Origin: Octopus bimaculoides
Taxonomy: Eukaryota
Length of the DNA stretch: 64,000 nt
Direction: 5' to 3'
Assembly (NCBI RefSeq): GCF_001194135.2
Contig: NC_069006.1
Span: 3,727,155-3,791,154, forward strand
Positions within the stretch are counted from its first letter, which is position 1. Each line of letters opens with the position of its first letter. The translations under genes and the position numbers were made by a program. Positions 26,629 to 40,496 of the stretch are shown here, one piece after another. The notes under the pieces were generated by a model. It had not been told where the DNA came from, made no database searches, and saw nothing but the letters and a program-made list of their open reading frames with translations.

Positions 26629-28495
26629 CACCTGACCTACAAGAGATAGCAGTTAGACCTTCCTCTAATCATACTCTATTTTCAAAAAGCAAAGATATAT
26701 TGAACAAATATCTACAAAAGAAGGGATGGTCGTGGCTGGAATGTCTTTCCTAATAAGTTACTGGCCTGAGCCTAAGCCATGGCAGTCAACTTTTTAGCAA
26801 AACAGAAGATGCAGAATAAGCTCAAAATAATAAAAGAAAAGATGAACACAAACTAGAGATATTACCAACCTGTTGGAGACTGACCCTTTTGATATCCCAA
26901 CTACCAGAGACTGCCCTTGGTCAAGTGATACCATCTTCCAGTTTAAAGCAATCTAAATTAACATCTGCCATTAAAATGCTGTTTGAAGTCCATAATCTGA
27001 ACATTACTTTAATTAATGACAAAATAATTGCCCTAAATTTTTCATTATTTTCAAAATTAATAGAAAGAAAGGAAGTGTATTTCTGTAGAAATATAACAAA
27101 CATATTGATAAAATATAACCTGTGGCTTCTTCAATGACTACCTTGGACAGTGGAGCTAGTCTAACAATAATACCATTGCTAAGACAAGAAGGCTTAAAAG
27201 GACTGTATGATAGCATTATAAAATACACCTTTTTCCCCAAAACAATGCCCCCAAAAATTACCCCAGGTCTCCTATAAGCTAATTTAGTCCTTGGCACTCT
27301 CTTTTTCCTAAATGTAACTGCTGAAATTGAGGTACACCCAATTAGCTTGTGTGTGTGTTTTTATGCCATCAAATGCAGTAGTAAAATATTCATCTTTCTT
27401 ATAGAATGTTACAAGCAATATTTCGTCCTAGGAGGGTAGTAATTTTGAAGAAGAACTGATCTGGAATTTAAATGTCAAGTCTCACACAATAACAGCTTGG
27501 AAAGTGAATGAAAAATAAGCCAACAACATTGCACATATTTATATATCTTATCTTTTACTTGCTTCAGTCATGCTGGAGCACCAGTCTGAATCAATCCTAG
27601 TAATAAAGCCATTTTAAAATCTCTTTTGCCAGTGAAATATGAAGCAACAAGGGAACCTCTATCTGGACATTCAACTTCCTAGAAATAGCAACTAAGCCAC
27701 CTTTACATCAAACACTACCATTCTAAGGAAGAGACATTGAATAATATAGTCCTTGATACACTAGGTCTTTAACAACAAAAACAAACAAAAAGATGTTACA
27801 TTCATAACTGGAATGTCTTTGAGCAAAGATCGGTGAAAACAGAGCAGAACAGACTAAAAATAAACTCACATAAAGGCAGCAGTGTGTTCAGATGGACTGA
27901 GCACAACAGATTACAGTGTTAAGCAGTGGAAGGAAGCGTGTGGGCTAGCAAACACAATTTTGTGTAGAGCATAAGATATGAATCTTGCAGCTTTTATAGA
28001 AATAATTGACAACTAATTTGGGATGATATCTCATTCTTGTTATCTGTACAAGTTTGTCTGACACTAGCAATACACTTCCATCTCTGCAAACAATCTATTA
28101 TCTTGGATTTCAATAAGCAACCACAGAACAAGTCAAACTTGTTCTACATGTAGATCATCATCATCAGAGACAGCCCGTTCTTTATGGTCGGTCACTTCCA
28201 CCCTCCCAATTATACAAAACCTGGCCACACGCCATTGATCGCACTCTTAACACTCCCTAATACTCTTTTGTTTCTTTGTCTATATATTTTTTTTTTTTTT
28301 AGAATTACAATGAATTCAAAGACAAAGAAAATTACATTCAATCACTTTCCATGGAGTTCTTTAAATATTCCAGCCTCAACTTGTATCTGACAGGAAACAA
28401 AGTTGAAGCTGACAAAAATGACAATTTAGATTCCAAATGATTGATTCATTGAAATAGTGAATGAGGCTTCAAGAAATTACATGTGAAAAGACTTT

Positions 28496-28530
<35 letters not shown>

Positions 28531-28897
28531 NNNNNNNNNNNNNNNNNNNNNNNNNNNNNNNNNNNNNNNNNNNNNNNNNNNNNNNNNNNNNNNNNNNNNN
28601 NNNNNNNNNNNNNNNNNNNNNNNNNNNNNNNNNNNNNTGTCTGAAATGTTATACTTTTATTGAACTTATTTTTTTCTTGTTTGACCATCAACCTCATAAT
28701 ATTGACCCTTGAACTTTGGTTGTTGTTGTTGTTGTTGTTGTTGTTGTCCCCCCCCTCAGTTTTTCATATTTGCTTTGATCCTTCTCCCCTTCCCCTCAGA
28801 AACACCACAAATAAACATCTGATATAACGAGTAATTGTTGATAGTGATGATGATAAAGACAATAACAAAAAGTAAAACACACGTACACGTACACGCG

Positions 28898-28932
<35 letters not shown>

Positions 28933-29577
28933 ACATTCATATTAGTTTCCCAATATAATGGTCAAGCAGTTAACTTCCACAATGAAATCTTGCAACAGTC
29001 ATTATTGCAAAGCATTTTTTCCAATGTTCTAACGACTCTGCCAGTTCACCATCAATGATGATGATTTCTAACATTGGCACAAGACCCTACAGTCAATTTA
29101 ATCATTCCCCACAAAATACAGAAAGCTGAAAGTCAGCAATGGCAGAAGTTAAAGTATGGGAAAGGAGTAAACACCACCACAAGGTATTTAAAAGTTTGCT
29201 GTTCTAATAAGTCTTCCAATCAAAATTAAGAAGAGCAATTAACTAAACTATGTTACATTAGAATTGTAGTCAAATAAAACTGGACATAGAAAGAAAAAAA
29301 GGGCCATAAAGTCACCTACCTACCATCTTAAATACTCCCCCACTCCACTTAGTTGATCAAGGAACTTTTGCCTTGTCTTGCAAGTTACTTAGCCACACCA
29401 GATGTGCCAGTGCCACATAAAAAGCGCCCACTCCATACTGTAAAGCAGTTAGCTTTAGGGAGAGAATCCAGCTGTAGAAACCACATCAGAGCTGGCATTG
29501 GAGCTCAATGCAGCCTTGTGTCTTGACAGAGCCTATCAAACCCTCCAGCCTACACCAACAAGGAAAACAGACATTAA

Positions 29578-29620
<43 letters not shown>

Positions 29621-30567
29621 CGACTTAAGCTGTACTCTTTCTCCTCCATATCACAGTAATTACAGATAACTCTAGAAGATGAGAGACTATTTATTATTCC
29701 ATCTTCATGATATTATATAGCGTTACCATGAGAGGAGGTTATTCACCCCCACTCCTCATTTCTACAAATATTAACTAACAATCAGAATTAATCTGACTGT
29801 TGATTGATTCATTAATTCTCTCATTATCATATCTCTGTTGAAAAATACTGACTGATTCAATTAATTCTAAAAATAATGAAGAATTTAGAAAAATAACTAT
29901 CATTATTAAGCTGATGTTTGGAACATAAATCAACATGAAATTCTGGTGGAAGATTCTAATTTAGATCGCTTTAAACCAGGAATGTTTGTATCATAGAAAC
30001 AGGGACAGTTTCAGGCAGGTTCGTGTCAAAAGGGTTAAGAATTATGTTAGTCACATGTGTGGATAGATGCAGGTAAAATCTGGAAGGATAAACCATGCTA
30101 TTAAATGGCTAATTAGAAGACTAAATGAGCCGACCATTAGCACACTTTGTCCTTTGTTAACCCACCATTCACACCAATCTACCAAAGTTACCAAACATTA
30201 AACAATATGACAATGGACCATTACAAGAGCATCACCAAACAACAGCCACCATTAAAGATCAGGGCTCACTTTTACTAAATTGTTACTCGTGTAAACCACA
30301 ACACCATTTATCTACCAAGACCATCACCTCCTGCCCCACAGCAACTAACAAACTCTCTGCCCATAGTGACCACTACATTACCACCATCACCACTACATAA
30401 CTCAGACATCTCGTGATGACTCATGCAGCTGCTACTGATTAATAATCTAACTTTAATCAGAAAGTCATTAAATCATTGATTAATTATGAGAGATTATGTA
30501 GCATACGAGCTGAAAGTAGGTTACAGCCACTTCTCTATATACACTCTGCTAATCTGTATTGGGATCA

Positions 30568-30604
<37 letters not shown>

Positions 30605-30934
30605 ATATGTTCCCTATACTTAACAATTGTAGTAATATATGCATAGTGTGTGTGTGTGTGTGCGTGCACGCGCATAGATACACTTGTATATGCACATAGA
30701 CATGTGTGTGTGCGTATTAGAATGAACATAAAACTGTGATGTGATGATGTGTACCAGGATAGTTTTCCACAAATGTAAATCGAAACTCAGGATATAAGAT
30801 AAAATTATTTAGTCAAAGTAAGCCTGACTAAATCACTACTGAAGAGTTGTATCTATGTTGAGAGAAAAAGAGAGAGAGCACAATTTATGGCAGCAATTTA
30901 CTATATATAAAATGCAAATTAATGTGCATAATAA

Positions 30935-30965
<31 letters not shown>

Positions 30966-31629
30966 CTTTGCTCATTTTTTATGTTCACTTTCTTCATACA
31001 TTTACACACATCCTGGTCTTTGTAGGCACTACGGTGCAAGTGAACAATTTGTTGACAGACATGAAAAACAACAATGTCTCTAGCACATGACTTCCCATAG
31101 CCGCACACCCACACTTGCGCATGTCTATGTTTCGAAATTATCAGAGTGGAATTATTTGAGCAATAGTGTTGAATTAAAAACAGATATATCACTGAAACAG
31201 CAACAACAATGGTGTAAAACATGAAATGTATTGAAGTGATTCATTCAACCAAACTATGAGAAATCAACGACACGGCTATTGGCCCACTTTCTTGAGATGA
31301 GGTCACCTGATAACTGGTGTAATTTATTATTTCTAATATCTATTTTATGGTGGTGGTGTTAGGTAATGGCGGTGGTGGTGTTCAGTAGCGGCAAGACCAT
31401 GGTGCTCAACTGAATCATCATCATTGTAACAAATACCTCAAAGTATTTAGTTTGGCTCCTCTACATTCAAAGTTCAAATCCTGCAAGCTGCCAACATGCT
31501 GTTTTTAGTACTCCAACTTCGCAATAAATAGGAATACCAGTTATAAATCAAGCCAATTGCTTATAATCATCTAGAAATATGCCTTCTCGGACCAATCTAA
31601 AAGTCCAATACAATGTAATAATAATAATA

Positions 31630-31844
31630 ATCGTCTCTATCATAGGTACAAAGTCTGAAATTTGACAGTGGTAGGGGTGCTAGTCGATTACATCAACCCC
31701 AGTACTTGACTGATACTTATTTTATTGACCCCAAAAGGGTGAAAGGCAAAGTTGACCTCAGTAGAATTTGAACTCAGAATGTACAAATGATGAAATGCCA
31801 CTAAGCCTGATGTCCAAACAATTCTGCCAGCTCACCACCTTAAT

Positions 31845-31943
<99 letters not shown>

Positions 31944-32480
31944 TTCAAATTTTGGCACAAGATCAGTAATTTCAGGGGGGAAAGGTAAGTCGATTACATC
32001 AACCCCAGTACTCAGCCGGTACTATTTTATCGATTCCAAAAGGATGAAAGTCAAAGTCAACTTCAGAGGAATTTGAACTCAGGACATGAAAAAAGAAAGC
32101 CACACAATAACAACAACATTGGTTCCCGATTTAGGCATAAGCCTGGCAAGTTTGAAGGGCAGGTGTTAGTCGATTATATAGAGTAAATGATTGGCATCTT
32201 GTTTTATCAACTGCAAAACAATGAAAACCAAAGTTGGGTCTTAGCAGAATCCAAACTCAGAATGCAAAGAACGGAAAGAGCTAAAACAAGGAATTGCATG
32301 CGATTCCAATGATTCTGCAAAATTAGCACCTTTGTAATAATAGTTATTATAGATATTTTCAAATACAGGCACAAATCCTCAATTAGGTAGTCAATTACAT
32401 CAAGCCCAGTACTTGACCAACACATTATTTTAATCAACCTTGAAAAGATAAAAGATAAAGTTGAACTCCAGGGCCAAAAA
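31630..32480 (-). mobile_element. Head-to-tail array of about four Nin-type SINE copies
   Basis: The reverse core (..GATGAAAGGCAAAGTTGAC..GAATTTGAACTCAG) recurs at ~31740, ~32045, ~32220-32260 and ~32450, separated by simple repeats. Confidence 0.8.
31845..31943. repeat. Perfect (GATGAC)16 hexamer repeat
   Basis: Direct reading. Confidence 0.95.
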
Positions 32481-32729
32481 AATACAGCTCCAGTCATGTC
32501 CTTAGACTGATATAACAAACTATTCTCTCACCAAATTTTTCCTTATGCCTATGTAGGTAATTATCATCACTACAGTACTGCTTGATGGATCGAAATTAAG
32601 TTTGTATCGTTCTAAGAGAGATATTCATAGAAGTCAACCATTTCTAATAAACTGAGGTGAAATAAATCCTGTCCAAGAACAGCTCTTGAGACAAGACCAA
32701 TGAGAACTCTCTCTCTCTCTCTCTCTTTT

Positions 32730-32771
<42 letters not shown>

Positions 32772-32780
32772 AGAGAGAAA

Positions 32781-32812
<32 letters not shown>

Positions 32813-34448
32813 AAGAGAGAGTGTGTGTGTGTGTGTGTGTGTGTTTGGGAATTCTAAAGTTCTACTCGGGAATGCTTGCAAGAGAGTACCACTTGAGCAG
32901 ACTGGCAACAGAATACCACTCATGTATATATGCAAGAGGAATACTCAGACACACTAACAATAGATAGTTAATAAAGAATGAATAAAAAAAAAAACATTGA
33001 CCAGCTGTGGCAGTAAACATGTTTCTGGTGAAACAGATAAAAGTCTACCATCACAAAAAGAAATGAACCAAAAGTCATAACAATCGCAGCATTATATGTC
33101 GTTTAATAAACAGGTTTCTAGTACAGGATATGTGTGTTTGGGTGGGGCACCTATTTCTGTATATACAAACATATAAAGCAGCCGTTTGTATGATGAAATA
33201 GTTGCCTTGTTTTGACATGGGAAACTAACAGACACCTAAGCGGTGTAGGTCAATTTAACAAGAGTCAATAACCAGGAGAAAAATATAATCATGTGATAAT
33301 TAATTTCAATGCAAACATAAGATATCCAGATGACTACTTAATTATTTCCATGTCAATGGGATTGGTTTCTATCATTAAACTAGGCCACTACTACTCTTAT
33401 TTCTACATGTTTTTTTTTATTATTATTATTATACATTTGTCCCAACAAAGGCTTGAGGCCACAGTAACACAAGGGTCTACAATGAAAGGAAAGAAGAGAA
33501 CTACAAATCCAAAGAATGTTGATTGACAGAAAGCTTAAAGGACTGAAAATACGAAACCAAAGGAAAACAAAGTGATGGTAAGGGGGGGGGGTCTAGGGAG
33601 CACCAGTTCAAGGTAGGAATCTATGAGAATAAAACATGTGAATAACAGGAAGCTCAACAGAATAGTTCTGTGCCTGGGAAGAAGATACTAAACCAGAAAG
33701 TTCATCAGAAAATGTTACAGATTCAAGCCAATAGACTACTCCTAGTCCCCCTTTGGGAGCCCTAAATATATTCTTTTGTTCTTTTACTTGTTTCAGTCAT
33801 AGGACTGTGGCCATGCTGGAGCACCACCTTGAGGAATTTTAGTTGAACAAACTGACCCTAGTAGTTATTTTCTGTTTTAAACCTTGTGCTTATCCTATAA
33901 GTTTCTTTTGCCAAACTGCTAATTTACATGGACATAAACACACCAACATTGATTGTCAAGTGGTGGTGGGGGGTACAAACACAGACACAAAGGCCCTCTC
34001 TCTTACAAACACATATGACAGCTTCTTTCAGTCTCCGTCTACAAAATCCACATACAAGGCTTTAGTCAGTCTGAGGCTGTAGTAGAAGACACTTGCCCAA
34101 GGTGCCACACAGTGGAACTGAACCCGGAACCATAAGGTTGGGAAGCATATATCCATCTTTAATCTCCTTTCTGCATATATCCATCTTCACCTCAAATGTA
34201 AAACTTCTTCCCTGAAGACGGAAGCTGGTATTATCCAATGATGCAATCAATTCACAATTGCTATTTTAGACCACGAAACCCCCCAGAAGCAGCTGTTAGA
34301 CTCAAAACTCTCAATCAATCTCTTTAATTCCTGACATCATTTCTATTCTGTATAAGTCAGACCTTTTTATATGTAAACATATGTACACGTTTTGCATTAA
34401 ATGTATTTAATATTTTTTGTATATTGACTTGCCTAGCTTGCTTATCCT

Positions 34449-34495
<47 letters not shown>

Positions 34496-34859
34496 TGCAT
34501 ATGACTTACTCTAGAAATAAAAAACACATGAATGGTAGCAAAACTAATTTCTGAATTAGCTTTATTTGCCCATGACAAAACACACAAAGGATCTGGTATC
34601 TTAACCATGACTCAACATCTCACGAAATATTACATTAAACATATATTGAAGAGCTGTAGTACAAACCAGCAAGACATTATATTTCTGATACATTCTGTGG
34701 TAGAATAGAACAGAAGGAATACATATAAACTACATATCATTACTAATTAACTAATTAATTCAATTGAGACACTGAGAAATAACAATTAGTCTAATTAATT
34801 TCAATATGAAAAAAAATTTCTGAGTCTGTTTTTGTTAAACAATTTCTCTCCAGCCATCA

Positions 34860-35260
34860 TAAGAATGTAAAAAAGACTGATTGTAGACAATGTACAGAGA
34901 AATGGAAAAGAAGCAGATGCCTTTGTAATGTGGATCTTTCATAGATTGGGCAGACAGGAAACAAACACTGAGGAACTAGAAAAGCTGAAAGTCCAATACT
35001 ACCTACTGTCGAAAATCAAGACCACAAAGTTATCATATTTTAGATATATAATAGAAAAGGAGTATTGTTCAAGATCATCCTGGCAGAAAGTAAGGAGGAG
35101 AAGACAGCAAAGGACCAGCAAAGATATTTGTGAACTGATGACAACATCAAAGAATGGACTGGAAAAAAGGAACCTGGCTGATTTGCATGCATTTCAAGCA
35201 CACAACAGAAAGAAGTAGACAGCCTTGGCTAGCTGATCCCTGGAGACATAATGATGAAGA
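34860..35260 (+). mobile_element. Decayed 3' end of an RTE-BovB-like LINE
   Basis: Fragments DAFVMWIFHRL, RKTNTEEL, LLSKIKTTKLSYFRYII, FKIIL, DDNIKEWTG resemble the BovB-type ORF2 C-terminus. Confidence 0.7.
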
Positions 35261-35756
35261 GTGATCTTAGGAAGGTTAAACCCCACAAAAGAAATGACAC
35301 AGAGGAACACAACAAATGTCAGGATGCTGTTTCCGAGAGGACTTGTCCAACCGATGCAAACACGGAAAAGCAGGCAGAAGAATGATGTATCATCATCATT
35401 TTAGCATTCACTTTTCCATGCTTGTATGAGTCAGACACAGATTTTCTATGGCTGGATGCCCTTCCTGTTGCTAGCCCCTACCCACTTCTAACCAAAACAA
35501 TATTTCCCCCATAGCTGGACATGCTTTCATGGAAGACAACAAACAAATGACACCATTTGTATGAACAGCAATTTTGTTTATCATCAGCAGGCAAGGGGAA
35601 GGCATGTGCACTCGTGCACACAATAATGTTCTGGCAATTTCCATCTGCCAATGCATTCACAAGGCATTGCTTGGCTCAGAGTTATTATAGCTGGTCCAAA
35701 GGTACCACATTGTGGGACTGAACATGAAATCAGTTATGTCTTAATCACACTGGTGT

Positions 35757-35789
<33 letters not shown>

Positions 35790-37110
35790 GACCCATGTCA
35801 GTGAGGGTCTGGACCTACATGGTTGATTACAGGAGATGGTTTTGATGGTGTAGTAAATTGTAGTAAATTATAGGAATTTTCTTGCCCTTTTTAATAAGAT
35901 CTTGGAATTGCTGAAATCAAAGCAATAAAGGAACAAAATGTTAATCATGACGTTAAATATAAATTAGTTCTAATTAAACCTAAAGGTCCAGAGATATTAT
36001 TAGATAATAAAATACTACTAACATAATAACACACTCACATAGCTAAGAAATCTTTTTTAATGATAACACATTTCTCTTATGAAAATATAAAAACCTTGTC
36101 ATCGTGGAAAATTCAAGTTGTAAAAATAAAAAAAGATAATAAATCGTTGTTGTTGTTTAGCTGATTGTCCTTCATTGATTAGTGCTATTTTTTGATAAGA
36201 ATAACACTGATACAAGTTCCAGCTTGCATAACAAGTTGGTGTCAGGTTATAATTGATGTTGTTATTGATGTTGATGAAACAGCTACCAAAGACAATGTTG
36301 GAGGCCAAATAAATCCCAGAGGAGAAATTTAAAACAGATTAAGTCGGTGGCTGTCATAAACTAAAGAAAGCCTTGACGGATTTAACAAAGTGATATTCTA
36401 GGACTGGAGCTGTGTGTGTGCATATATGTGTTAAGAAAGAACACAAGAGAAAATTATTGGAGTTGGATCAATGGAAACACAATATCCAGAAAACCAAACG
36501 ATTCCACTTGAAAATGCGACACACTAAAAGAATAGGGCTCCTTCTGGTCAGAAGGTGCCACTGATCAGTTATGGGAATTTTTTTAAAAAACAAAAACCAT
36601 AGAAATTCCAAAAATACTAACTACTAATAAGCCAAACCAACAAAAGAGTGTCTGTGATCGCTTGACTGCTATTTCTAAATAGCAATAGTCTTACATATAC
36701 TATTTCTGAATAATTAACGAAGTGGGTGTGACTGGAGAGAAAGTCTTTGGTCTACACATCTACAGGCTTTGAGGGTTAATCCTTTACTGTTTTAAGCTGG
36801 TCATGTCTGGCCCAGATATTCTACCCCTTTTATAGATCTACCTTCTCACACCTACCCAACCATATCATTTTAAAAATGAATACTCACGGCATTGAAATCT
36901 TGTAGTTACAAAATAATGCTTGATTAATTCAAAACAATGTGAATAACTAAGCATTACATTTGATGCCAAAGGATTAAACAACAACTACTAACAAACAGTT
37001 CAGATAAAGAAGACAACCATCAGGTCATGTGAATGAAGAGGAATCAGGTGATGAAATCTACTACTGCAAATATTAACAAACTGACATCAAAAGACATAAA
37101 AGTTTAGACA

Positions 37111-37491
37111 TTAACCCTTTTGATACCAACGACTGCCCTAACCCTTTTGATAGCAACCTGCCAGAGACCATCCTTTGTTTTATAATATAAACTTCTTGTT
37201 TTTAAGTGACCTAAATTAAGACTTTCCATGAAAACTTTGTTAATCTATGTTCCAAATCACAGCTTTAATAATGAGAAAGTTATTTTACTTAATTCTTCAC
37301 TATTTCCAAGATTTATTGAAACAAACACTGTTTATTTCAACAGAAATATAATAACAAAAGGCTTTAATGGATCTAAATTGAAATCTTTCATCAAAATCAC
37401 CAACTTATTTTACTAAATTCTTTGTTATTTTTCTAATTAATTGAAACAAAGGCAGTGTATTTCAACAGGAATGTGGTAACAAAAGGGTTAA
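37111..37491 (-). mobile_element. piggyBac-like MITE family 1, complete copy
   Basis: TTAA|CCCTTTTGATAC ... GTAACAAAAGGG|TTAA. A TTAA duplication with CCC termini is the piggyBac signature. Confidence 0.85.
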
Positions 37492-39060
37492 ATAAAATTA
37501 AATAGAATATATGTGAGAAAGCTCAGGACAACATGTAGCCCTAACATTGAGGTCATCAAGAAAATTGACAGAAGATAAGTCATCAGAGATGATTGTTAGA
37601 AAAAGGAAGAAATGACTTAGTCAAACTACTCAAGTTACAGGTATATTTATTTTAATTACCTGTGGTATTATATTGTTTTAAATGTAATAACTAGTAGTTG
37701 TAGTGGTCTTTAGTTAAGTTCGCTATTGTAATAAACAAGGACCTTGGTCAAGCCAACAAGGGAGCCTCTGCATAGTCACCTGACAGACTAGAAATCATCA
37801 TCATCGTTTCCCACGCTTATATGGGTCATATGAAATTCATAGGGGTAGATTTTCTATGGCAGACTGCCCTTCCAGTCACAAATCCTTACCTGTTTCTCAG
37901 AAAGGTATGTTTTCCCATGGAAACATTGGAAATGAACACTTAACAGTGTTCTTAACAGTGACTTTCATTTACAACTACCACACAATGTCAAGACAAAGTG
38001 ACACAAACACACACACGTTCTTATACGACGGGCTTCTTTCAATTTCCATCAACTCACAAAGCTTTGGTCAAGTTAGGTACAATAGTTAAGACAATTGCCC
38101 AAGGTACCAGGCAATGGGACTGAACCAGAAACTATGTGGTTGTGAAGCAAATGTCTGAACCACAGAACCATGCCTGCACCACCAACCAAATTCCCACAAA
38201 CCACACTTCTTTTATTGTAACAAAAAGGTGGGGGGGGGGGAGGACACATTGGCCAGTAGCAAAGGTCATGGCTGGAACATCTTGTATCATAATTCTGTTC
38301 AACAGCAACAACAATTACTAGGATCTTAATCAAAGAATAGATATGAGGAGGAGTCTCTGACATTTTTGAATGGCACTGATGAGGGTTCACATTTGAACAA
38401 TCAATTTTGCAGAGATCTTGAAACTTCTGGCTTCTTCTTTTAGTTAATGCAGGAGTAAAACATAAATACTGAGCTAAATAAACAACATAATCTTGTGTGT
38501 GTGTGTGTATTTATATTTCTACAAGTCATCTTTTCCTTTTTTTTTCATATTTTATATAATTCTAGACTTTAGTAGAAAGCTTGTGTTGCTGGATGTTAAT
38601 TTGGAATGACATGGCAACATTTGAAAAGATACACAACAAAGAACTGACAGTCTGCCATGCAAAAACAGAGTGATGACGTATGGTGGGAAATATTTTTGCT
38701 AGAGTCTGTGTGTGTGTGTGTGCACGCAAGCATGTGTAAACCAGTTCAGGTGAGAAAAAAGAAAATCCAAACAAGTCTAAACAGAAAAACTATGCGAAGG
38801 AGGAGAGGTGGCATTAAAATATTTTAGATCAAAGCAAACCTCCTCTATTAAACAACTAGATTATTTATTGGTTTTATGGAAATTTAATGCAATAAAGTTG
38901 GAACTAACTCAACAATTTATAAACGTTTTCTAAGCCAATTCTGTAGCTTTCAATTTAAGATTATTTTAGTTCACTTAAACTAAGACTCTTGAAAGAAAGG
39001 TATGAAAGTTACAGAGCCCCATTTCCATATCTCTATTTCCATTAATCATATCCACTCAAC

Positions 39061-39245
39061 AGAAGGAAAAACCAGTACTGCCGGAAGAGAGCTCCTTCAA
39101 ATGCAGTTGCTGTGTGCGTGACTGCCACTCCTGTGTTGGCCTGTGCAGCCACAACAGACGCTGCACCACCATCAGCAGTTGACACAATTTCTTCGAGCAC
39201 AAATCCATGGCCTCTCAAGACCAACAGATGCTTCCTACTAATGTA
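39061..39245 (+). mobile_element. 3' end of an RTE/RTE-X-like LINE with C-terminal zinc-finger motif
   Basis: 39063-39182 reads KEKPVLPEESSFKCSCCVRDCHSCVGLCSHNRRCTTISS* (FxCxxCxRxCxSxxGLxSHxRxC), followed by the short 3' UTR TCCATGGCCTCTCAAGACCAACAGATGC. Confidence 0.8.
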
Positions 39246-40460
39246 TCCACCACAATCCTTGTCTCTAATCATGTCACACTCTTTTCATACTGTAGTGCAC
39301 TTTCCTACCCACCCACCTTCTCTGGTCTTCTATCTCCATTCTCTCCCTCTCTCTAGCTGACAATGCCATGTATTCACCACTTCAGCAAGAGACCTTTGCT
39401 TGACCTTCAATTCAAGTACCACACTCAGTTAAGGAGTCTTGCCTTGCAAGCTATTTGGTGGCCTCACTAGTGCTGGTGCCATGAAAAAAAAAAAAAGCAC
39501 CTGGTACACACTGTAAAGTAGTTGGCATTAGAAAGGGCACCAAGCCATAGAAATCATGCTGAAGCCAACACTAGAGCTTGATGCAGTCCTCTGGCTTAGT
39601 GATTTCTGTCAAACCATCAAACCCAGGTCTACATGGAAAAAAAAGAAACATTAAATGATGATGTGATTCATATCAAAATGTCCAGGTCCATAGTTGAAAT
39701 CCCAATCAGCCACTACCAATAATAAACAAGTGATTTTTATCAAAAGGCAAACTAGAAACGTTGAGAGATACAATTAACAGAGAAAAGCCTACTTACACAC
39801 ACAGCTAACATTTATACAGTGCGTGTATGTGTTTGGATGTGCGTGTGTGCTGAAGTACGAGATTACATAACACCAACATTCCTGTTTGTATTGCTTCAAC
39901 AGTTTTTAACCTAAATGTCTTCAACTGTGAGATTCAATTACTTAATCACACTACCACCCCTGCTGCCACTGCCACCAACAGCAACACTGTCACTATACCA
40001 CCACACGTCTCCGTGAAGATATGACTAACTGTGTTTCTAACATTAGTTCTTACCATGACCATGACTAAATACTTTGGACATGATGTCCAATGGATTCTAG
40101 TTATTAGTGTCAAGAGGAGAAGGAGAAGACAGTGGCCATTGCTCATTCTGGATGTCTACACCGAGTTTCTTCCAGAGAACGTGGTTCCAGAAGATTTGTT
40201 GGCTGTGACAGTGATTCATGGCTAGAGACCATTGTAATGAGAGAGGGGGGGGGACAAAGCTTCAGAGTGAATTTTGTCATCATCATTCAACATCTCCTTT
40301 TCCAGCTTGCTTAGGTCAGAGGGAATTTGTTGAGGCAGGTTTTCTACAGCCAGATGCTCTTCCTGTCACCCACTCTCATCTGATTCCAAGCAAGATAATA
40401 TTTTCCCCACAGCTAGACAGGTTTTCCATAGAAGACTGAAAAGCAAGCAACATTGCTTAT

Positions 40461-40496
<36 letters not shown>

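Noticed and set aside
39042-39272. Plausible-looking minus-strand 76-aa ORF
   Set aside because: Antisense shadow of the plus-strand LINE zinc-finger remnant.
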